From assembly GCA_002687175.1 (NCBI GenBank), contig NYZP01000001.1, positions 149,607 through 213,606 of the forward strand: 64,000 nt of DNA, in the 5' to 3' direction. The DNA is from Parcubacteria group bacterium (GTDB lineage Bacteria > Patescibacteriota > Patescibacteriia > Buchananbacterales > UBA6539). The first letter of the stretch is position 1. Each line of letters begins with the position of its first letter. This document shows, piece by piece, positions 58,484 to 64,000 of the stretch. A program made the position numbers and the translations under genes. The notes below the pieces were generated by a model. That model saw only the letters and a program-made list of their open reading frames with translations. It was not told the DNA's origin and made no database searches.

Positions 58484-60301
58484 TTATTCACTATCTTCTA
58501 GCCAGTCCCCTCGATAGTCAATATACCTACGATACTCATGATTAAATGGTAAAGGATCAAAAGCGATTGCTTTAACTAAAAACTCTTGAGATTTTTCTAT
58601 TTGTCCATCATTTAAATAAAAGGTGGCTAAGTTGTAATAATAATGAGAAGCCAAACCAGTGTCCGGATAACTACTAAACTCATCAATTTCATCTATATTT
58701 CTTAAGGTCACATTATAGCCATCCAAATCCCCTTTTTTGGCCTCAGCAAAATTAGAATAAATCTTATGAACATAACCATTAGATCGACTAAAAATATCCA
58801 GAGCAAAATCATCATTAGTTACTGAAAAATTTGTATATATCGGTCTGTCTTCAACCTCCTGCAAAAGACCAATAATCTCATTTCTTTTTTCATCAAACGT
58901 AAGAGCATAGTGATCCTTAGGTACGCGCATCGCCACATCTTTATAAAAAAAGTTATGCTCAGAAATAATATCAATGTCTGACCTTAGATTTTCCACCATT
59001 TTGAAATAAATTATACTAAATATTTCTGAATCCCCCTGTAAAGTTTCGTCATATGCAAAATAATATAGACTATCTGGTTCCATACTATTTAGTAGGTTTT
59101 TACCATAATCATAGGCCAACCAATAATTACTTAGATCGGATCTTTTATAATTCATTATTAAAAAACTTATTGGTAGCGAGAACAAAACTATAAAAAAAAC
59201 TATTTGAAAAAATTTAAAGGATAAGACAGAACTTTTTTTCAAGGCTTTAACGAAAAAAGTATAAAGATACTCTGCGGTATGAGCAAACCAAAAAATAATA
59301 ATCATGAATACTGGCAAGTAATAAACTCGGTAGGTGTACTCAATACCAATAGTCCAACCAAATTTTCTTAAATATATGATGGCCACACCATTAAGTAAAA
59401 AAATACCGATAGTTAATACCGCCAAAGCCCTGGACTTTTTTAGTAAATAAACTGCTCCACCAAAGGCTAGCAATAAAGTTGGCAGAAAAAATTGCTGATA
59501 AATTTCAAAGAAAAAAGTTATGACCACACCAGTTTTACTGTAAGTGTTAACTAACGGTGAAAAATCATCATACTGAGCTCGACTAATATGATTCCAAACG
59601 TCCGGCCAAGCAGTGATAGGTCCCCAATTAAAAACTGGTGATTGGGAAGCCCTGAGTGGTAAATAAAGATAAACTGTTAAACCTAATAGAAATAAAAAGA
59701 ACATTTTAAAAATTAATTTCCAATTGGTATTAAAACTTTTGTCGCTCAGTAATATATAAAGTCCAAAAGCCGGGGCCAACAAAACTGACATTGTGTGATT
59801 TGTTAAACTCAAACCAAATAAAAAAGCAAACCACAAAAGATATTTATTTTTTTTATTTTCTTGCCAAATTAGCAAGATTAAAATCAGTAAAGCTACGAAA
59901 AAAGTGTTTAAAGTATAAACTTCCGCAATAAGACTTTGAGACCAAAATACCGGACTAAAAGCAAACATTAATGAAAAACTAAAAGCAATAATTTTATTTC
60001 TTGTTGTTTTATGAATTATTAAATACAACAAGGCAATAGTCAGGGCGCCAAAAAAAGCTGACATCAAATTAACTCTCCAGGCAATTGATCCTAAAGGAAT
60101 AAAGGTAAATAATTTACCTAAAATAACATACAAGGGGAACCCCGGGGGATGAGGAATACCTAAAGTATAGGCAGCTGCGACTAATTCACCGCTATCTTCC
60201 ATAGTGATACTAGGGGCTAAAGTAAATAAATAAACAACACCAGAAATCAAAAAGATTATTGATGATAACAAAAAATTAATATTAAACTTTTTCAAATTCA
60301 T
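58484..60301 (-). CDS. Polytopic membrane protein, DUF2723/TMEM260-like putative glycosyltransferase with a C-terminal soluble domain
   Basis: N-terminal MEDSGELVAAAYTLGIPHPPGFPLY motif and about ten TM helices. Confidence 0.45.
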   Translation of the reverse strand: MNLKKFNINFLLSSIIFLISGVVYLFTLAPSITMEDSGELVAAAYTLGIPHPPGFPLYVILGKLFTFIPLGSIAWRVNLMSAFFGALTIALLYLIIHKTTRNKIIAFSFSLMFAFSPVFWSQSLIAEVYTLNTFFVALLILILLIWQENKKNKYLLWFAFLFGLSLTNHTMSVLLAPAFGLYILLSDKSFNTNWKLIFKMFFLFLLGLTVYLYLPLRASQSPVFNWGPITAWPDVWNHISRAQYDDFSPLVNTYSKTGVVITFFFEIYQQFFLPTLLLAFGGAVYLLKKSRALAVLTIGIFLLNGVAIIYLRKFGWTIGIEYTYRVYYLPVFMIIIFWFAHTAEYLYTFFVKALKKSSVLSFKFFQIVFFIVLFSLPISFLIMNYKRSDLSNYWLAYDYGKNLLNSMEPDSLYYFAYDETLQGDSEIFSIIYFKMVENLRSDIDIISEHNFFYKDVAMRVPKDHYALTFDEKRNEIIGLLQEVEDRPIYTNFSVTNDDFALDIFSRSNGYVHKIYSNFAEAKKGDLDGYNVTLRNIDEIDEFSSYPDTGLASHYYYNLATFYLNDGQIEKSQEFLVKAIAFDPLPFNHEYRRYIDYRGDWLEDSE

Positions 60302-60981
60302 AAATTAATTTTTTTTACTCTAAATACAATTATTTTCCACATATTAAAAATAATATTTTTTTCTCCTACAATAGAAAACCCTTGATCTTCAAAAAGCTTA
60401 AAACCTTCTTTCTTAAAATCATGTACATGAATATCGTCCCAAACTTTTCCTCTTAATCTAGTCCAAAAAAACCAAGCTAATTTAAATAGAAAATTCTCAC
60501 TTGGTATACCTACTACTAGATAGCCATCTTTATTTAGCAATCTTTTAATTTCTGCTAAAACATCTGGTAAGTCTGGAACATGCTCTAAGACGTCAAAGGC
60601 TGTTACGGCCTGAAAATAGCTATCACTAAAAGGAGAATTTCGTGGAAAATCATTATAAATAAAAGTAATTTTGGAAAATCGAGATTTAGCGTAATCAATT
60701 GCTTGAGGAGAAATATCTATGCCATAGACCTGACAGTCAGTAGCTTTATTGATAACATTGGTACGATCACCGCTGTGACACCCTAAATCTAATATCTTGC
60801 CATTCAAATTCAAATTTTTAACTACTCGGCTAATGTGCTTAATACAACTGCCGTGCCAATATTTCTGAAAAATATTTGTTTTAACACCTCGCTGATAATA
60901 ATCAACTGGGACAGATTGATGCTTGTGATCCAACTCTTCTTTAGTGATCATGATTATTTTTAAGCTTAGGCAAGACATCAA
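60298..60981 (-). CDS. Class I SAM-dependent methyltransferase
   Basis: ILDLGCHSGDRT motif I. Confidence 0.65.
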   Translation of the reverse strand: MMSCLSLKIIMITKEELDHKHQSVPVDYYQRGVKTNIFQKYWHGSCIKHISRVVKNLNLNGKILDLGCHSGDRTNVINKATDCQVYGIDISPQAIDYAKSRFSKITFIYNDFPRNSPFSDSYFQAVTAFDVLEHVPDLPDVLAEIKRLLNKDGYLVVGIPSENFLFKLAWFFWTRLRGKVWDDIHVHDFKKEGFKLFEDQGFSIVGEKNIIFNMWKIIVFRVKKINL

Positions 60982-62335
60982 GTTTATAAATTTCTAAAAC
61001 AATTAGAAGAATCAAAATACCTGATATACCAAAATAATAATTAGTAAAACCTCTCTTAATTAGATAAAGGGACAGTAAAAAAATTGTCCCCGAAAAGATA
61101 ATTCCACTTAATGTTCGCTGAGTTTTAATTAATAAAAATAGCAATAAAAATATTAGAGCAATAATCATAGCAGTTAAAGGGATACCGTCATAAAAAATAA
61201 TTTTATTTAAAGAATTAAAAGACAAAGAATGAAGAGCGTCTTCATATTGTAATTGATCAAGGAACACATCATAGATAAAATCATTAAAATTCCATACCGC
61301 AAATGGTAAAACAATAATAACCAAAGTAATAAGTGTTAGAAAAAACTTTTTAAAATTTAATTCTTGAAATCTGGCCAAAAATGGTAAAAAAATTAGATAA
61401 GGTTGCTTGGAAGATAAAAATAATCCAAACACTACGTAAGGGACATACTTATAGCCACGCAATACTAAAAAAACGAATAGATAAAGTAGGAATAGCGACA
61501 ACGAATCAACCCAGGTTTGTTCTAAAACATATAAACTTAAAGGTAAATAAAGAATAAGTAAGGAGCTTAACTCGGCAATTTTTAAATTATTTGAAAATTT
61601 CTTCTTAAGTAACGAATAAATTATGGCAGCGGTACCAAAAATAGAAAAAACAAAAGTAAATCTAATATCACCAAATAAAAATTTAAAAAAAGTAGTGGCG
61701 ACCATGGTTGATGGTAAATAAGAATAATTATCATTCTTGCAATCAGGATCCTGGTACAGGGCTTCACATTCTGCCGGTGAATAAACATTATAAAAATCAC
61801 CTGAATATGGGTTATTACCAGTGATTAATGAATCACTAGCACCTTGTAAAAGCCAAAAAATATCAATTCTTGGCTGAGGTGAATAAAAAATTGTAGCCAG
61901 ACGTAAAATTAATGCTAAAGATACGAGATAAACGAATTTGTACTTTTTTAAATGGATTAAAAAAATACTAAAAAAATTTTTCTGTTTAAAACTAAAATCA
62001 ACCAAATACAAAAAAAATAAACTTATTGCAAAAAACTTCAACAAAACTGTATTATTATAAGCCTGGTTTGAGATTAAAAAAATTCCACCATCAATGAAAT
62101 AAAATAAGACAAAACTGATTAAATTTGCTGTCAGTAATAAAGTTAATGGATTTAAGTTAAAATTAAAATTCAACCAAAATTTTTTTAAAAAAATCAATAC
62201 TAAAACCAGTAAACCTAAAAATAAAAACCAAAGCTGAGCTTGATGAATAAATAAACCTTTGTTCATTGAATATCCTAATAAAATTAGAATATGAGCAATA
62301 ATGAGATATGATAAATTTTTTGATTTAATTTCCAT
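60941..62335 (-). CDS. Polytopic membrane protein, hypothetical
   Basis: About ten hydrophobic helices. Confidence 0.3.
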   Translation of the reverse strand: MEIKSKNLSYLIIAHILILLGYSMNKGLFIHQAQLWFLFLGLLVLVLIFLKKFWLNFNFNLNPLTLLLTANLISFVLFYFIDGGIFLISNQAYNNTVLLKFFAISLFFLYLVDFSFKQKNFFSIFLIHLKKYKFVYLVSLALILRLATIFYSPQPRIDIFWLLQGASDSLITGNNPYSGDFYNVYSPAECEALYQDPDCKNDNYSYLPSTMVATTFFKFLFGDIRFTFVFSIFGTAAIIYSLLKKKFSNNLKIAELSSLLILYLPLSLYVLEQTWVDSLSLFLLYLFVFLVLRGYKYVPYVVFGLFLSSKQPYLIFLPFLARFQELNFKKFFLTLITLVIIVLPFAVWNFNDFIYDVFLDQLQYEDALHSLSFNSLNKIIFYDGIPLTAMIIALIFLLLFLLIKTQRTLSGIIFSGTIFLLSLYLIKRGFTNYYFGISGILILLIVLEIYKLDVLPKLKNNHDH

Positions 62336-62337
62336 GT

Positions 62338-63918
62338 TTACTGATTAACTTGCTTCTTCTGATTAATAAAGTAATAAAGTAAATATAAAAATAAAATAAG
62401 AATAGTTAGCAAAGTTAGTAGCTTGCCAATAAAGTAGGGCATTGATTTAAATAAAAATTTTATCTCGTGCTGTCCAGCTGGAATTTTAATCGCTGTAAAA
62501 GCGTAATTAGCTCTAACAATTTCTACTTCACTATCATTAATATAGGCTTGCCATCCAGGGAAAAATGCTTGGCTTAAATAAAGATATCCTGGATCAGAAA
62601 AATTGGCTGTTAGCTTAAAACTGTTATCAGTTTGTTTAATTATTACAACCTCAGCCGTAGACTCTGAAGTCTGATCATTTAATAAAGGCTGGCCGGAAGC
62701 AATCACTGTCTGGTGTTCCGGGTCAAAATTTTCTTCAAATAATAGACCGAGTGCCTGATCGGTACTTGATGATTCTACGACATCAAATATTCCAAAGGTA
62801 AAGGGTAAAAAGTACTGATTTTCGTAAATCTTTAATGATGGTAAAAAATCTCGACGTATCTCCTTAACAAGCTCCAAATTTTCATTTTTTAAATCTTTAT
62901 ATGATAAAACATATTTAACATTTCCTAAACCAAAAACTTTTAAAGCTTGATCACTGATAGTAATTTTACCTTCGCTATCTTGATCAGACCAACTAGCAGT
63001 AACTAAACGGTTAATTAATAAATGATTTTCCCTGACTAACATCCCTCCCTCAGATGACGCCCTGTCTTGTACCGAATTGATGCCCCAAAAAACATTTAGG
63101 TTAGGGGGGATTAACTCTTTTCCCGAAACAAAAAAATCTAAATTATTTTGCCAACCGCCTGATACTTGATAAAGTGAGTGCCAAGCTCCCGGCCAGTCAA
63201 TGCTATAAATTCTAAAAATATCATTGTCTTGTTTTAAAAATTGGGCACTGTCTGATGGTGTAAAATATTTTTTGTAATCCATCGAACCAAGATAGTTAAA
63301 GGCAACAAAAAATAAATCTACAGCTACTATTAAAATTATCAAAGATGGTAATAAAGTAGAAAATAACAATTTGGATTTTAACATTCTTTTAGATCGTTTT
63401 TGCCAATCTTGAAGCTTTTGCCATAAAAAATCAAAACCAAAGCCAGCCAAGACAGTAAAACAAACAAGGGCTAACAATAAAAACCGTTGAGGAAAACGAA
63501 ACATTTGAAAACCGGGAATTACATTCCAAAAAATTATAAACAACGGACTAAAGTCACCAAAAGCAAATAAAAAGGATATAGTCAATAAAATGAATAAAAA
63601 TCTAACCACTTTATTTCTGGCGAAAAGAAAAAATATAGCAATGAGTGACAGGGCAAGTGGTGCCAACCCAAAATATATATTATTCTCCCAAAAAATGCCA
63701 AAAATATTTATTTCAAGAGGGTAAGTATTAAAGGCCGGGTTGCCCCAAAAATAGGGAGCAACAAAATTAATTATACTTGATGCTGGATAAGGAAAACTGG
63801 TTATATCCCCGTAGGTCATAGTTTGACTACGACTAGAAATTGCTGAATAAAAAAAGGTTGGTAAAAGTTGAATGGCAACTAAACCAAATAGCATTACCGC
63901 TAACAGCAGCCACGGCAA
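62338..63918 (-). CDS. Polytopic membrane protein, hypothetical (YfhO-like?)
   Basis: Hydrophobic N-terminal half, soluble C-terminal half. Confidence 0.3.
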   Translation of the reverse strand: MPWLLLAVMLFGLVAIQLLPTFFYSAISSRSQTMTYGDITSFPYPASSIINFVAPYFWGNPAFNTYPLEINIFGIFWENNIYFGLAPLALSLIAIFFLFARNKVVRFLFILLTISFLFAFGDFSPLFIIFWNVIPGFQMFRFPQRFLLLALVCFTVLAGFGFDFLWQKLQDWQKRSKRMLKSKLLFSTLLPSLIILIVAVDLFFVAFNYLGSMDYKKYFTPSDSAQFLKQDNDIFRIYSIDWPGAWHSLYQVSGGWQNNLDFFVSGKELIPPNLNVFWGINSVQDRASSEGGMLVRENHLLINRLVTASWSDQDSEGKITISDQALKVFGLGNVKYVLSYKDLKNENLELVKEIRRDFLPSLKIYENQYFLPFTFGIFDVVESSSTDQALGLLFEENFDPEHQTVIASGQPLLNDQTSESTAEVVIIKQTDNSFKLTANFSDPGYLYLSQAFFPGWQAYINDSEVEIVRANYAFTAIKIPAGQHEIKFLFKSMPYFIGKLLTLLTILILFLYLLYYFINQKKQVNQ

Positions 63919-64000
63919 AATTATTTTATGAAAAATTTTTTTTAATTTAAAATTATCTTTTCCTTCAAAAAAAACTTTTAAACAAAAATAAATAAAGGCG

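Overview
This is an AT-rich bacterial chromosome segment; flanking genes look roughly one-third G+C by eye. It uses the standard genetic code: TGA, TAA and TAG all serve as stops. The gene content is reductive and pilin-rich, which is reminiscent of Patescibacteria/CPR, but that is inference only. Most genes lie on the minus strand.

Recognisable core genes are:
- uvrC, uvrA and uvrB, forming a split uvrBAC cluster
- a glutaredoxin-like gene, trxB and a DJ-1/PfpI gene
- fba and glpX
- glnA
- rpoD and dnaG
- gatC and gatA
- ligA
- an M23 peptidase
- two type IV pilus / pseudopilin clusters, including pilD and a PilM-PilN-SH3b fusion

Seven tRNA genes are present:
- three tandem tRNA-Asn copies on the minus strand
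- tRNA-Ser(TGA) and tRNA-Ser(GGA)
- a tRNA carrying a ~50-nt intervening sequence in its anticodon loop
- an atypical Arg-like tRNA

Several kinds of accessory or anomalous features are superimposed on this backbone. None could be checked against a database from here.
1. At least five single-gene cassettes with clearly higher G+C (about half). Each carries a near-consensus TTGACA-N17-TATAAT-like promoter, a Shine-Dalgarno site and an intrinsic terminator. They encode a small membrane protein, a pentapeptide-repeat protein, a vWA protein, a small protein and a GlcG/DUF336 protein. One sits between uvrA and uvrB next to a diverged remnant of the uvrB 3' end. An AT-rich small-ORF cassette between uvrC and uvrA has similar architecture but is probably unrelated.
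2. Three to four GC-rich, hairpin-dense blocks with no ORFs. They share short motifs and look like structured RNAs or MITE-like elements of undetermined family.
3. A plus-strand phage packaging module (ParB-domain DNA methyltransferase, small-terminase-like HTH protein, large terminase). It lies in an island that abuts a triplicated tRNA-Asn and a tRNA 3' remnant.
4. A GIY-YIG nuclease gene inserted at a tRNA-Ser, with partial tRNA duplicates beside it.
5. A G10 homopolymer that splits a dual-specificity phosphatase gene, making it a candidate phase-variable switch.
6. A sensor histidine kinase disrupted by one in-frame stop and one frameshift.
7. A copper/redox-flavoured cluster: a CopG-like CxCC protein, a Cys/His-rich protein, a PQQ-type glucose/sorbosone dehydrogenase beta-propeller and a CuA-like cupredoxin lipoprotein, with a GGDEF protein nearby.
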